Virus record (IMG/VR): IMGVR_UViG_3300017991_000003
Coordinates: 128,001-192,000 of that record
Reading direction: 5' to 3' (one strand)
Length of the DNA stretch: 64,000 nucleotides
Origin: a virus
Positions 17,806 to 28,186 of the stretch are shown piece by piece. The notes beneath the pieces are model-generated. The model saw only the letters and a program-made list of their open reading frames with translations. It was not told where the DNA came from and searched no databases. How positions within the stretch are numbered: the stretch's first letter is position 1; the number at the start of each line of letters is the position of its first letter. The position numbers were made by a program, and so were the translations under genes.

Positions 17806-20800
17806 ATGGCTGAGTTCAAGGACTGCCAGAGCCCGAGCCCCCTGACCGGGCGGATCGGCCCCGATCTGATCGAAGAGGTTGGCGGGGTCTCTCTGGCAGG
17901 TGTGTTGGCAGGCACGGAGACGCTGCCGGTTGGTGCAATCCCTGTCACAGCCCCGCTTTATGACAGTCCGAGCCCTACAGGTACGGCTATTGGACTGCGG
18001 TTGGATTCGAGCCTGACGGTTGATGCCCAGGGCCGGCTCAGTATTGCTGGAGCCCCATCGCCCGCGGCCCACGCCTCGAGCCACGAGCCTGGCGGGTCTG
18101 ATCCGATCACCCCTGCTGCCTTTGACGGGCTTATCACCCCGCCGGTCGCCACGACGGTTGTCCTTGGCGGTGTCAAGGACGGTGACGGCGTCTCGATCGC
18201 CGGTGACGGCACCCTGACCCTCGATCTGGCCGCCGCCAGTGGCCTCGAGATCAGCGGCGGGACCCTGAGACTGGCACTGGGTACCGGTGTCAGCTTCAGC
18301 GGCAACGATCTGGTCCTGGACGAGGCCACGGACTCCACGCTGGGCGGCATCATCGCCGGCACGGGTCTATCAGTCAGCTCGGGTACGGCGAGCCTCAACG
18401 CCCCCCAAGTCACGGGAGCCTCCCTAGCGGGCAGCACTCTGGTCTGGGATACCAGCCCGAGTGCCCAGAGTCCCAGCCCTGCTCTGAGGCTTCCGGCGAG
18501 CTTCACGTACACCAAGGCGATCCCGCAGTCGCAGCTGCCGACCGCGGCCTACGGCAGCCCGGGCAGCTCGAGCCCCAGCCCGCAGCTCGGCCTTGTCCGC
18601 ATCTATGGCCCGAGCGAGGGCCTGACGCTTAGCGATGGGCTCCTGTCGCTGGCGACTCCGATCAGCACGGATCACCTACCCACCGCTACTGGTCTAGGTG
18701 GGCGAGGCATCGTCCGCGCGGGCCTACTTGACGGTACGGGCGTCTACGTCTCCAACAGTACGACCGGCCAGCTGGCGATCCTGATTGACGCCACGTCGGA
18801 CACGTTGGCGTTGTCGTCGAGCGGGATCAAGGTCAAGTCCAATCGCTTCCTGGCGCTGACTGGCACCGGTAACCTCCCCAGCCCCGCGGCGAGCCCGAGC
18901 CCGGGGACTGACGGCTGGATGACCGGGTCGGTTCGATTCACCAACGACCTGGGTGAGCCTGCGATCCGCACCGGTAACCAGCGGATCCGCTACGAGTTCG
19001 GGGCCAGCCCGTCTCCCGGGGCGATCCTGGCATCGGCTGATCTAAGCGATCTACTAACGTACCAGGAGATCAGCACACTCATCTCCCAGGCTGAGCTTGG
19101 TGTCGAGGTTTGGACTCCTGGGCGACCTGTGCAGGCAGAGCCGGGTACGAGCCTAGGTGCGTTGGCGGAGCTCTCGGCCGGGGATCGGTTCCTTACGAGC
19201 ACGTCGTCCAACACCAACCCCGGCGGTGACTGGAATGCGCACAACTGCGTGTTCGCGGTCTGGACGGAAACGGCTCCCGATACCTTTACCTGGGTCTATG
19301 AGACCCCCACGGTCAACACCTGGTTCACAGACGACGTAACTGGGGACACGTGGGCTGTTGTTGTCGGCTCCCCCTCCCCGAAGTCGCCCTCACCGAACCC
19401 GTCGCGAGAGGCTTTCCGGTATCGCGCTCGTCAAGATGACACAGCATCGACGGCCCGAGCTGGTCGCGTGCGTGTCCCGACGACCAGTGGCCTCGTCATG
19501 GACGGCGAGGATATTCGGCTATCCCTCGCCTCGGACATCGGGGTCAGTACGGGCCTGCGTCTGATCACCCGAGCTCGCAACAACGCGCTAGCTCTCGATC
19601 TCAGCCGGTCCCAAGGGATCTTGGAGCTCAACTCCGACGGGCGCCTTCAGGTTGCCGCGTCCTCGATCCAGGCCACGGAGATCGCGGACAACACCATCGT
19701 CCTCGACAACCTGGCCGCGGATCAGGTGACAGGCGGTACCAAAGACTTCATCGCCACGCAGTACGACGGGCTATCCGTCCGGCTGGTGGGGGACTCGGAA
19801 GACTTCCGCGTCACTGGGGCGCCTGTCAGCACGGCTACGACCATTCTGATCCACACCGAGGACGGTATCGGTGTGGCGGAGGAGTCGATCAACACTGACG
19901 CTCTCTCGGACGAGGCGGTTAGCTACAGCAAACTCCTGATGCCCACGGCCTCCGGTCTGGAGGACAACGGGCAGGACAAGGTCCGGGTCAAGCTCCAGAC
20001 CCGCAGCGGCCTCGAGCGAACGGTGGATGGCCTGGCGGTCAACATCCATGACGTGGTGGACGATGCCACGATTGAGCTCGACACATCCACGGGCGGCTTG
20101 CGCGTCAAGACAGGTAGCCTGACGTCGTCGTACTTCGCGTCGGGCCTGGCGATCTCGGCCTCGGTCCTCACGCTGGGAGCCCCTATGCTCTCGTCGAGCG
20201 GGCTCCTGACCTTCTGCTACCAGAGCCCTCTGGTCCTGACCGGCAGCCCCGGCTGCTTGACGATCGGCGAAGGCTTGATCAGCTCGCCGTATCTCGGCAC
20301 CGGGTCGGTCAGCTACGCCAAGCTCAAGCTGGCGAGCCCCTCCGGCATCACGCAGACGGCCGGCGGTATCAAGGTCGACATCTCGACGGGTCTCGCCTTC
20401 AGCGGCAACCAGATCGTGGTCGACCAGGTGCCGGCAGACGCGATGGCACTGGATGCGGATTCGGCGTTGTACGCCGCTAGCCCGACCAGTCCGCTGACGC
20501 AGCTGGAGCTGAGCATCCGGGTCAGCAGCCCGTTCACGCAGACGGGTGGTACGCTGGATCTAGCGGACGAGGGTGTTCAGGTGAGTCACCTGGATCGCTC
20601 CAAGCTGCGCGGTAGCTTCCTGGCCAGCGGCCTCGAGGCCGGCCTAGGTACCCAGACCAGTCCCTTCGACTCTTGGGTCACGAGCCCGGCGTTCTACACC
20701 GGCTCGGACGCCCCGGGTATGCGGGTGGCTACGCGGACGCGATCCGATCACGACTACCTGGATGCGGCGGGTCAGGGACAAGGCACGTTCGAGCCCTATA

Positions 20801-21594
20801 GCTTGACGCTGCTTCAACTTGGTGGCACGCCCTCGGGCAGCGACTACCAGAACCGACTGGCCCCGACGCTCAACAGCATCGGTCTTCCGCACCTAGCCCT
20901 CGGCAACGAGACCCTGGCCCCCACGGACTCCGATCGGCTGCCGACTGGTTTCGGTAGCTACAAGGCGCTGGTCCAGAGCGGGAAGCTGCCCACGAGCCCG
21001 GTGACGAGCCGCGGCTGGGCAGTGGCTAACCTGTCGGAGAACATCCCAGCTGTCCGAGTCGGTCCGGGCCTCAGCATCACGGCTGCGGGCTTCGTGGTTC
21101 CGAGCGATGTCCAGGCGGATCAGATCCTCCTGGGCACCACGTCTCGCGAGACCAGTCCGCGCGGGGTCTCGAGTCTTGCGCTTGTGCGTGACGGGGGATT
21201 GAGCAGCCCGGTCACGGATGGGGCGCTGGCGCTCGGCTACGACGTATCGGACTTCGAGGTCACCTCGGCGCTTGGCCTTGGCCGACGTCAGGCGTACCAA
21301 GAGGAGTACACGGGCGCCTCGGTTCCCGCAGCGGCGAGCGGGTACTACACCTTCGCTCTGACGCTGGGGAGCTCGCAAGGCCTTGTGCCCGGCACGGTGT
21401 CGGTCCACGTCAACGGCCTACGTCTCGAAAGCCCCTTCTTCAGCTACACCAGCCCCTCGATCACCTCGAAGGAGGTGTACCTCAACGAGTCGGCAAGCCC
21501 TGGCCCCAACCTGGCCTACACGTTGAGCCAGTCTACTAGCCCGGACGTTCTTGACCGGGTTGTCATTCGCTATCGAACCCGTCCGACCTCATGA
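17806..21594 (+). CDS. large fibre-like structural protein (1262 aa)
   Basis: Repeated G-L-x-x-x-x-G-x-L-x-V type segments typical of fibrous phage proteins; numerous SPSP motifs. Confidence 0.75.
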   Translation: MAEFKDCQSPSPLTGRIGPDLIEEVGGVSLAGVLAGTETLPVGAIPVTAPLYDSPSPTGTAIGLRLDSSLTVDAQGRLSIAGAPSPAAHASSHEPGGSDPITPAAFDGLITPPVATTVVLGGVKDGDGVSIAGDGTLTLDLAAASGLEISGGTLRLALGTGVSFSGNDLVLDEATDSTLGGIIAGTGLSVSSGTASLNAPQVTGASLAGSTLVWDTSPSAQSPSPALRLPASFTYTKAIPQSQLPTAAYGSPGSSSPSPQLGLVRIYGPSEGLTLSDGLLSLATPISTDHLPTATGLGGRGIVRAGLLDGTGVYVSNSTTGQLAILIDATSDTLALSSSGIKVKSNRFLALTGTGNLPSPAASPSPGTDGWMTGSVRFTNDLGEPAIRTGNQRIRYEFGASPSPGAILASADLSDLLTYQEISTLISQAELGVEVWTPGRPVQAEPGTSLGALAELSAGDRFLTSTSSNTNPGGDWNAHNCVFAVWTETAPDTFTWVYETPTVNTWFTDDVTGDTWAVVVGSPSPKSPSPNPSREAFRYRARQDDTASTARAGRVRVPTTSGLVMDGEDIRLSLASDIGVSTGLRLITRARNNALALDLSRSQGILELNSDGRLQVAASSIQATEIADNTIVLDNLAADQVTGGTKDFIATQYDGLSVRLVGDSEDFRVTGAPVSTATTILIHTEDGIGVAEESINTDALSDEAVSYSKLLMPTASGLEDNGQDKVRVKLQTRSGLERTVDGLAVNIHDVVDDATIELDTSTGGLRVKTGSLTSSYFASGLAISASVLTLGAPMLSSSGLLTFCYQSPLVLTGSPGCLTIGEGLISSPYLGTGSVSYAKLKLASPSGITQTAGGIKVDISTGLAFSGNQIVVDQVPADAMALDADSALYAASPTSPLTQLELSIRVSSPFTQTGGTLDLADEGVQVSHLDRSKLRGSFLASGLEAGLGTQTSPFDSWVTSPAFYTGSDAPGMRVATRTRSDHDYLDAAGQGQGTFEPYSLTLLQLGGTPSGSDYQNRLAPTLNSIGLPHLALGNETLAPTDSDRLPTGFGSYKALVQSGKLPTSPVTSRGWAVANLSENIPAVRVGPGLSITAAGFVVPSDVQADQILLGTTSRETSPRGVSSLALVRDGGLSSPVTDGALALGYDVSDFEVTSALGLGRRQAYQEEYTGASVPAAASGYYTFALTLGSSQGLVPGTVSVHVNGLRLESPFFSYTSPSITSKEVYLNESASPGPNLAYTLSQSTSPDVLDRVVIRYRTRPTS

Positions 21595-22130
21595 CTCTCA
21601 AGCGCGTCACTTGGGTAGGTGATCGTCACCGCCCCCGTCCTCGCTACCGCGGTTTCCGTCGCGGCGTCCCTCAGCTAGTGACCAAAGAGGTTGCTGATCT
21701 CATGATTCGGGATCACGGTCCTGATGTGATCGTGGCTGATCGACTAACTAAGGTGGCTGAGCATGTGGGCGTTGATGTCGAGCGTCGCGAGTTTGAGCAG
21801 ACTACCCGCGGCGAGGGCGATGAGCGTCCGCGGTGGCGCGGTCCTGAGGCTAACGCTCCCGCGTACCGAGGCACCCCATCGCACCGGATCAACTTCTCGT
21901 GGTCGGCTCGAGGAGCTACCTTTCGGCCTGTGCAATACCGAGTGTACCGCGGGACAAGCCTGGATAACCTCCAGCTCCTGACCACGCAGGACGCTGACTC
22001 AGCTCGAGTGAGCGTTGATACCACAGTCGCGGGCCGCACGACGTACTACTACGGTGTGTCCTATGTCGACAACCGCGGCTTCGAGAGCGAGATCACGATC
22101 GCTGGATCAGCCACCACACCCACTTTCTGA
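21591..22130 (+). CDS. hypothetical structural protein with C-terminal Ig/FN3-like region (179 aa)
   Basis: Paralog of the next gene (shared KRVxWxGDR...LVVADxxTxVAEHxGxxVxRxEF); YRVYRGTS...TTYYYGVSYVD beta-sandwich-like motif. Confidence 0.6.
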   Translation: MTLKRVTWVGDRHRPRPRYRGFRRGVPQLVTKEVADLMIRDHGPDVIVADRLTKVAEHVGVDVERREFEQTTRGEGDERPRWRGPEANAPAYRGTPSHRINFSWSARGATFRPVQYRVYRGTSLDNLQLLTTQDADSARVSVDTTVAGRTTYYYGVSYVDNRGFESEITIAGSATTPTF

Positions 22131-22149
22131 CCTCTAACCCCACAGACTC

Positions 22150-22692
22150 ATGACGACCTCTATTCGAAAGCGGGTGAGCTGGTTCGGTGACCGGACCACG
22201 CGCATCCCCAAGCATCGCGGGCTTCACCCGAGCGGTACTCCGACGGAGATGCCTGAAGATGATGCCAACGACCTGATCCGAGACTATCCCAGTCACCTCG
22301 TGGTGGCTGACCCGATCACGTTGGTTGCGGAGCACATCGGTGAAGAGGTGGACCGGAAGGAGTTCTACGACGCTGGATACCGCTCCTACGGTACGCAGCC
22401 TGTGAAGTGGAAAGGCCCTGCGGTGACCTCGGTCACGCCGACGGCCAGCCCGGCTACGTCGCCTACGATCGTGTGGGACGCGATGCCCGCTCGGTTTGCT
22501 CCTCAGAGCTATCAGCTGTACCGAGGTACCGCGGCAGCGCCGAAAACGACGCTGGTGGGCTCGACTACCCTCCTGACGCTCAGCGAGGCCCCGCCGGCTC
22601 AAGGCACCTACATCTACAGCGTGACCTACACGGATCCCCACGGGTATGAGAGCGACGTCGGTACGTCGGTGTCTCACTACTCGTCTCCGTGA
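22150..22692 (+). CDS. tandem paralog of 21591..22130 (180 aa)
   Basis: Clear similarity to the preceding product along its length. Confidence 0.6.
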   Translation: MTTSIRKRVSWFGDRTTRIPKHRGLHPSGTPTEMPEDDANDLIRDYPSHLVVADPITLVAEHIGEEVDRKEFYDAGYRSYGTQPVKWKGPAVTSVTPTASPATSPTIVWDAMPARFAPQSYQLYRGTAAAPKTTLVGSTTLLTLSEAPPAQGTYIYSVTYTDPHGYESDVGTSVSHYSSP

Positions 22693-22715
22693 TACGATCC
22701 CACTAACGACACGTC

Positions 22716-23738
22716 ATGGTCCACATCAAACAGGTTCGTGGGGTCCCCAGCTATCTGAGCTTGGCGACCCCGCTCACCCCGCAGGGTGACACGGTGACCC
22801 AGGTCATCACTGGGCAGAAGACGTGGACCACGAGCGCGAGCACTAACGACCGTAGCGCGCTGGCCGCTAGTGTCCCCGGACGCTTCGACTCGAACGGTAC
22901 GGACGAGGCTGCTGCGGCGTTGTTCGGGGCCTCAAGCGGTATCTTCCGCTCGACGCTCGGGTTCTGGGGTAACAGCGAGGCCAATGGCATGCTGTCCTGG
23001 GCGCCGATCGCCACCCCGGTCAATCAGGACTTCGGCCGGTTCATGATCACCAACAGCCGCACGGCTACTGGTGATGCTTGGGACCCCGCGACTAATGGTG
23101 GTGCGGATACCGGCGTCAGCGGCTTGGTGCAGTACTACGCGGAGTTCCCGGCGCTGCGGCAGTCCGTGCCTGTGGCTTCGCCATCTGACTACGCAGATGA
23201 GACGGGGCTACCGGCGCCTCCTCTTACTTTCGGCCACCTCAAGCTGTTCGCTCGTCAGGGCAACCCAGCCTACGGGTATGAGGCAAGCCCTGGGCGGGAG
23301 TTCGGGCTTAGCTACCTGTCCTACAGCGTTCCTTCGGGATCGATCGAAGAAGACATCGCGACATATCAGCGCGCTGATGTGCGGTACGGGGCGGCTCAGG
23401 TATCGCACATCCATGTGGACACGTGGAGCCCGTCGACCACGATCTACCCCTTCGTGGCTCCGGGAGACGTTCGCATCACGCAGCTTGCTCTCATCGGGTC
23501 AGCAACCGTAGCCACATCTACCCTATCTGGCTACAACCACGCGCAGGTGAGTCCGGGCTACCTCTTCTCCGCAAGCCCTGTGTCGGCTATTGGCGCCGGC
23601 TCCCCGGTGAGCTACTCGCCTGATCAGTACCGAACGATGGCCCAGGGGGATTGGCTCAGCCTTAGCTGGGCCGGCTCCTCGAGCCCCCTCACCAACCTGA
23701 CGATCAGCGTCTCCTATAACCCCATCTATCCGAGCTGA
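22716..23738 (+). CDS. hypothetical structural protein (340 aa)
   Basis: Track ORF in the structural block; Ser/Thr/Gly-rich. Confidence 0.6.
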   Translation: MVHIKQVRGVPSYLSLATPLTPQGDTVTQVITGQKTWTTSASTNDRSALAASVPGRFDSNGTDEAAAALFGASSGIFRSTLGFWGNSEANGMLSWAPIATPVNQDFGRFMITNSRTATGDAWDPATNGGADTGVSGLVQYYAEFPALRQSVPVASPSDYADETGLPAPPLTFGHLKLFARQGNPAYGYEASPGREFGLSYLSYSVPSGSIEEDIATYQRADVRYGAAQVSHIHVDTWSPSTTIYPFVAPGDVRITQLALIGSATVATSTLSGYNHAQVSPGYLFSASPVSAIGAGSPVSYSPDQYRTMAQGDWLSLSWAGSSSPLTNLTISVSYNPIYPS

Positions 23739-23740
23739 CT

Positions 23741-26029
23741 ATGTCGAAGAACCCCCTGAACCTGGGTAAGCACGCGGCACACTACGGTCAGATCGAAATG
23801 ATCGACGGGGCCTACCTGCTGAAAGGCACCGCCACCACGTACATGGTCCTGTACGGTGCCGGCACTGCGCTGGATCGGGGTCAGGTGACTGTGCTGGACG
23901 CTATTTCCGGTTACGCAGTGATCGACCGAGCTCTGGTAGGGGTACGCGGGGCTGGTAAGCTCAAGCCCGCAGCGCCGGTCGCGGCGATAAGCCATGAGGT
24001 CAAGGTGAGCGCTAAAGGCCCCATCCTGTCGACCTTGTATGAGGATGTCATTGACGGCATCACCCGCCGCCGGGAGCACGCCTACTGGGTTGAGGGTAAC
24101 TGCGTGCATGTGCTGATCTCTCAGCAGGGCGCGGGATCAACCGAGTATGAGTCCAACTACTCAGGGGTCTACGGCGGTCGCTTTGATGATGAGCTCGCCG
24201 CGGATCTGGTGGAGATGACGGGCACGCTGACGGTCCCCACTGTGTCGGCGATGATCAAGGAGTCGGGAGAGCCCGAGAAGCCGCGGTTCTTCTCGCACAT
24301 GATGGACCTTGGCTGGTCACACGCTTCGGCGTTTGATCTGCCTAACCCAGCTGTGGTCGAGGATCCACACGCCTGGACGTACTCTACTGCGGGTAAGTAC
24401 AAGAAGAACACCGCTGGAGCCCTGCAAGGGCCTCTTCAAGAGATGCTGCTGGGGTCCGCGTCGTATGACATCGTCGACTGCTTGGTCCACCCAGCACAGT
24501 CCGCTCCCCGTATTCCCAAGCGATCACTACAGCCTTGGACGCTCTTGACCAGTCGCGGCGAGTCGTGGGATCACTTCGAGAAGTACCTCGAGTGGCGTGC
24601 GGAGATGGGTATGACCAGTGGGGTGATCTACCCCATGTTCTGGTGGCAGGAGATCAACTACCCTCCGAGCGTGGTTCAGGCCAACGGCCAGCACTGGTAT
24701 CCCGCCGGCGATCACGAGGGTTTCGCCAGCTTCTGCGCTATGGCCCGTGCGCTTGGCTTCGACGTCGGCGGCTACACCTTGTGGGGCATTCAGAAGGAGA
24801 CTGTCCCTAACTACAACCCAGGTGATCGGGTACTCGAGAGCAGCGGTGCCCCGCGCCCGTCGGTGTGGGAGTCCAATGTGTGGCTTAGTCGGGAAGAGCA
24901 GACGCAGAAGTACATGGACCTGTACCTGCCTAAGCTTCGAGATGAGTACCACTGGAGCATGATCTTCTACGACGTGGAGACCTACGCAGATCCCACGCAC
25001 GGCAACGGGGATCACGTGGACATGACGGCCGGCAGCCTGTGCGGAACGCTGGCTGGCTGCATCGCTGCGCGTCGAGAATGGATGCAGTACGGACAGGACG
25101 TCCTAGGCCCGGACGCGTTTGCTCATGGCGAAGGTAGTCGAGGCGGCTACCTAAATGATCAGGAGTACCTGTGGGCCGGTGTGATGACTGGCTTGAACAA
25201 GTCGATCAACACCAACAGCGGTAAGGAGGAGATCCAGACCACCGACCCTGATCGCACGATGCTCAGCTGGCCTATGGCTCTTGAGTACGTGTGGGCCGTG
25301 GAGAACCAGGTGTTCGCTCATACGCCTAACTTCCCAGGACGCACCTTCTCCCCCAACGACGCGAGTCTCCAAGACCCCGGAGTCGGCGGCCTCTTCCCAT
25401 TCAGTGTGAAGATGGTGGATGCGCTACGAGCTGTGAACTTGATGCACGGCCGTATGGGTGCTCTTCCGATCAATGGACAAGGGCACGAGGCTTTCCTGTC
25501 AAAGCGCGAGCAGGTCAAGGAGTACTACATCGCCTCGGCGATCTCAGCCTTCACGCGTGACCTCAGCGTCCCCACGATCCACTACCACAGCGACGAGCAC
25601 GGCTATGAGACCTTCTCGCAGCGCTACGCTCGTACAGGTCTAGACGGCTTCCGCCGTACACGTGTACGCCTGGTCTTCGAGTCAGGTCTCGAGGTCTATG
25701 TGAGCCTGGACAAGCAGCCGTGGGTTCTGCCTGACCGGTTTGGTGTGACGATCGAGGAGTTCGGCTACTTCTGCTTTGGGTCGGTCAACAACACGCTGGT
25801 GGTGGGCGGTAGTTGCTCCGCTCCCGTCACAGGCAACAAGCGGGTTGACTTCGTCATGATCCCCGGCGTGCTCACGGCGGTGGATGGTCGCGGTGAGGTG
25901 ACGAACTTCCTCGGCATGCCCGTGCCCGGAGGCCGGCTAGTGGTGCGCGACTACAAGAGGCAGTTCGTGATCAATGAGGGCACTGACGGGGTGCTGCACA
26001 AGTCGCTGACTACCTCGCACGGGTTCTAG
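23741..26029 (+). CDS. hypothetical large protein (762 aa), function unknown
   Basis: Long ORF, aromatic-rich globular composition, last gene before the convergent terminator. Confidence 0.65.
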   Translation: MSKNPLNLGKHAAHYGQIEMIDGAYLLKGTATTYMVLYGAGTALDRGQVTVLDAISGYAVIDRALVGVRGAGKLKPAAPVAAISHEVKVSAKGPILSTLYEDVIDGITRRREHAYWVEGNCVHVLISQQGAGSTEYESNYSGVYGGRFDDELAADLVEMTGTLTVPTVSAMIKESGEPEKPRFFSHMMDLGWSHASAFDLPNPAVVEDPHAWTYSTAGKYKKNTAGALQGPLQEMLLGSASYDIVDCLVHPAQSAPRIPKRSLQPWTLLTSRGESWDHFEKYLEWRAEMGMTSGVIYPMFWWQEINYPPSVVQANGQHWYPAGDHEGFASFCAMARALGFDVGGYTLWGIQKETVPNYNPGDRVLESSGAPRPSVWESNVWLSREEQTQKYMDLYLPKLRDEYHWSMIFYDVETYADPTHGNGDHVDMTAGSLCGTLAGCIAARREWMQYGQDVLGPDAFAHGEGSRGGYLNDQEYLWAGVMTGLNKSINTNSGKEEIQTTDPDRTMLSWPMALEYVWAVENQVFAHTPNFPGRTFSPNDASLQDPGVGGLFPFSVKMVDALRAVNLMHGRMGALPINGQGHEAFLSKREQVKEYYIASAISAFTRDLSVPTIHYHSDEHGYETFSQRYARTGLDGFRRTRVRLVFESGLEVYVSLDKQPWVLPDRFGVTIEEFGYFCFGSVNNTLVVGGSCSAPVTGNKRVDFVMIPGVLTAVDGRGEVTNFLGMPVPGGRLVVRDYKRQFVINEGTDGVLHKSLTTSHGF

Positions 26030-26030
26030 C

Positions 26031-26056
26031 TAAAAAAGAGCCCCGAAGGGCTCCTA
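26031..26056. terminator. bidirectional intrinsic terminator candidate (AAAAAAGAGCCCCGAAGGGCTC)
   Basis: 6-bp GC-rich stem with CGAA-type loop preceded by an A-run; between convergent genes 23741..26029 and 26075..26578. Confidence 0.5.
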
Positions 26057-26074
26057 GACCTTGTTCGGGCCTAA

Positions 26075-26578
26075 CTAGGGCGAGCTCTCGTTGATGCGTA
26101 GCTGGGCTACGATCGGCCAGTACAGGCAGTTCGAGACGCTGTTGTAGACGACATACGAGATGTGATCTCGAGGCTCAGCTCGTCGATTGACGCTCTGCGC
26201 AATGAAGCGAGCTTGTCGGCAGTCTGCACGCTGTAGCGCGGGAAGCAGCCAACCAGCAGGCTCTGTGCGGGATCCCTCTTTCCGTGGGACGCGTCCGGCT
26301 TCGATCGTGGCGACGACCGTACCTGTTCGACGACCTGTCTTGGACGAGGGTCGCCAAACCACCTGATCCCCTACCGCGAAGTCCGCGTAGCCACGCAAGG
26401 CTGGGAGGATCGGAACAGGTTGAAGGTACCAATACACGGTGGCGTCTGTGGCGTAGCGCGGGTTCGTTTCGTAGTAGCGCTTCTTGGCCATGTCCAGGCG
26501 GCGGATGGCCGCGGCCTCTGAGTACAGAACGACACCGATGGGGGTGTCGTTCTGCATCAGAACGTATGCGAGCTTCAT
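26075..26578 (-). CDS. hypothetical protein (167 aa), paralog of 26974..27531
   Basis: Shares VxWxSSKTGxxTGxVVAxxxAGxxP and HxSYxVxxxxNxLYWP segments with the downstream paralog. Confidence 0.55.
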   Translation of the reverse strand: MKLAYVLMQNDTPIGVVLYSEAAAIRRLDMAKKRYYETNPRYATDATVYWYLQPVPILPALRGYADFAVGDQVVWRPSSKTGRRTGTVVATIEAGRVPRKEGSRTEPAGWLLPALQRADCRQARFIAQSVNRRAEPRDHISYVVYNSVSNCLYWPIVAQLRINESSP

Positions 26579-26730
26579 CCTTGATCAGCGTCGCAGTTGG
26601 TGCACAGCTTGACCGGAGCGGTCTTGCAGCCGTCGTCGACCGCAGCGTCCTCCTCTACGTGCCCGCAGTACAGGCACTTGAAGACGAGGACCTCGTAGTG
26701 GTCTTCCGTTCGGATGGTGTCGAGGTACAT
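26575..26730 (-). CDS. small zinc-ribbon-like protein (51 aa, CxxC...C...CxxC), not in ORF track
   Basis: Translated by hand from minus strand (MYLDTIRTEDHYEVLVFKCLYCGH...KLCTNCDADQG); GC3-rich codons; stop overlaps ATG of 26075..26578. Confidence 0.4.
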   Translation of the reverse strand: MYLDTIRTEDHYEVLVFKCLYCGHVEEDAAVDDGCKTAPVKLCTNCDADQG

Positions 26731-26753
26731 GGGTGGTGTCAAGGGATGGGCGG

Positions 26754-26984
26754 TCAGAGGGAGTACCGACTCGGCCGGCCGCAGTGCTTGCAGTACATCT
26801 GGCTGTACAGCCGGAACTTGAGCATGACGAGCTCGCCTGAGTCACCGGGCCGCGGCATCTCCGCCCCGGAGGGTTGGATGCCTTCGTCGGCCTTACAAGT
26901 CCAACTGTGGTTGCCGAACAGACAGCCAAGGGCGACTCCTAGGCGTTTGATGCGCGCCCAGAGCCTGGTGAGCCTAGCAGACAC
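26754..26984 (-). CDS. small Cys-containing protein (76 aa)
   Basis: Track ORF with spaced Cys residues (C...WTC...CKHCG); occupies the gap between paralog genes. Confidence 0.35.
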   Translation of the reverse strand: MSARLTRLWARIKRLGVALGCLFGNHSWTCKADEGIQPSGAEMPRPGDSGELVMLKFRLYSQMYCKHCGRPSRYSL

Positions 26985-27531
26985 GATCGACCTCCTTCAT
27001 GTAGGGCTCCTTGTGAGTGTGCCGGCCGGTCATGGTCTGGCAGTCGATGAGGCGAGCAGGCCTGAGAGCCGATACACGCGGCCAGTACAGGTGGTTACCG
27101 ACGAGGACGAGGTAGGACACGTGATTGCGTCCGTACCCGCCTCCGAGCTTGGCAGTGCTGTAGCGATCGAGGCCCAATCTCTTGAGCTTGTCGTTCAGCA
27201 GCCCGCCGTGAGAGCACTGACCACGTGTCGGACGCACGCCTGCCGGGACGATCGCAACGACCTGTCCGGTCTTCTGAGTGGTGTAACCACTTGAGGAACT
27301 CTTCCAGGTCACCCTGGACCCGACGATGAAGTCAGACTGCAACTCCTCTGTGTGCTGCTTAGCCAGAAGGAGGAGCTTCTCGACACCGCGCGGAGCGTGC
27401 TTCTTGAGGAACTCATCGAGCTCTCGTAGGTGTATCGTCTCGGTCGCGCAACCAGTAGCTGCGATCGTGAGGCGGGGAGGCAAGATCACATCGTCTTGGA
27501 TGTGAACTTGGTCAGTGAAGTGGTGCTCCAT
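26974..27531 (-). CDS. hypothetical protein (185 aa), paralog of 26075..26578
   Basis: Internal ATG (MEHHFTDQVH) of track ORF 26974..27906; its start overlaps the stop of the lipoprotein gene. Confidence 0.55.
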   Translation of the reverse strand: MEHHFTDQVHIQDDVILPPRLTIAATGCATETIHLRELDEFLKKHAPRGVEKLLLLAKQHTEELQSDFIVGSRVTWKSSSSGYTTQKTGQVVAIVPAGVRPTRGQCSHGGLLNDKLKRLGLDRYSTAKLGGGYGRNHVSYLVLVGNHLYWPRVSALRPARLIDCQTMTGRHTHKEPYMKEVDRVC

Positions 27532-28145
27532 CAGAAGCCTCCGAACAGGGAGTTGGCATTGTCGATCCGCAGCGCCGCGGCCACGGTTTCGAAGCCTCCG
27601 GAGAACTCGCTTAGGGCGCGAGCGATCAAGGCATCGGCATCGGCGGCAGTCATGGGGCTGTTGAGATCCCGACAGATAAACACGCCAAAGAAACCACCGC
27701 CATCCTCGAAACTGGAGAACGTCAGCCGCGTGACGCCGCTGATGTTGTTGTAGGTGACCAAGGCGCGCTCCCGCTGGGACTCGGTCAGCAGCGGGTTGAG
27801 GGGGCGGGCGGCCATCAGGAGCAGTCGGGGCACCTCGTTCTCTACCTGAGGCTCGTCGATCGCGCCGCTGAGGAAGAAGAGGGTGCCTTCGACTCGTTCG
27901 GTCCACCCGAAGGCGGTGCTCTGGTCTTCTCCCTCGGTGATGGGGATGACGGCCTCGCGGTGCTTGAAGGCTTTCGAGATCTCGCGAGCGTTGGCCTTGG
28001 TCGTGAAGTCCTCGTTGTAGTAGTAGGTGTCCTTCTCAGCCGGCACGACTGCCAGCTGACCTTGGAGAGGCGACTTCTGGTCGGAGGACAGGCAGGTGAT
28101 GAAGAGCGAGGCGACGAGCGTCAGTGCGAGGTTGGTGTATTTCAT
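27531..28145 (-). CDS. putative lipoprotein (204 aa)
   Basis: N-terminus MKYTNLALTLVASLFITCLSS: hydrophobic signal followed by lipobox-like Cys. Confidence 0.6.
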   Translation of the reverse strand: MKYTNLALTLVASLFITCLSSDQKSPLQGQLAVVPAEKDTYYYNEDFTTKANAREISKAFKHREAVIPITEGEDQSTAFGWTERVEGTLFFLSGAIDEPQVENEVPRLLLMAARPLNPLLTESQRERALVTYNNISGVTRLTFSSFEDGGGFFGVFICRDLNSPMTAADADALIARALSEFSGGFETVAAALRIDNANSLFGGF

Positions 28146-28186
28146 GGTTGGGTAGTGTTGTTAGGCGTTGGGGTTTACTGTGTGGG

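Noticed and set aside
17806-21594. SPSP-encoding segments as a DNA-level tandem repeat or uptake-type sequence
   Set aside because: Codons for Ser and Pro vary between occurrences, so the recurrence is at the protein level.
26284-27294. 336-aa plus-strand ORF across the leftward early genes
   Set aside because: Antisense to several coherent minus-strand genes and Arg/Ser-rich; judged a high-GC artefact.
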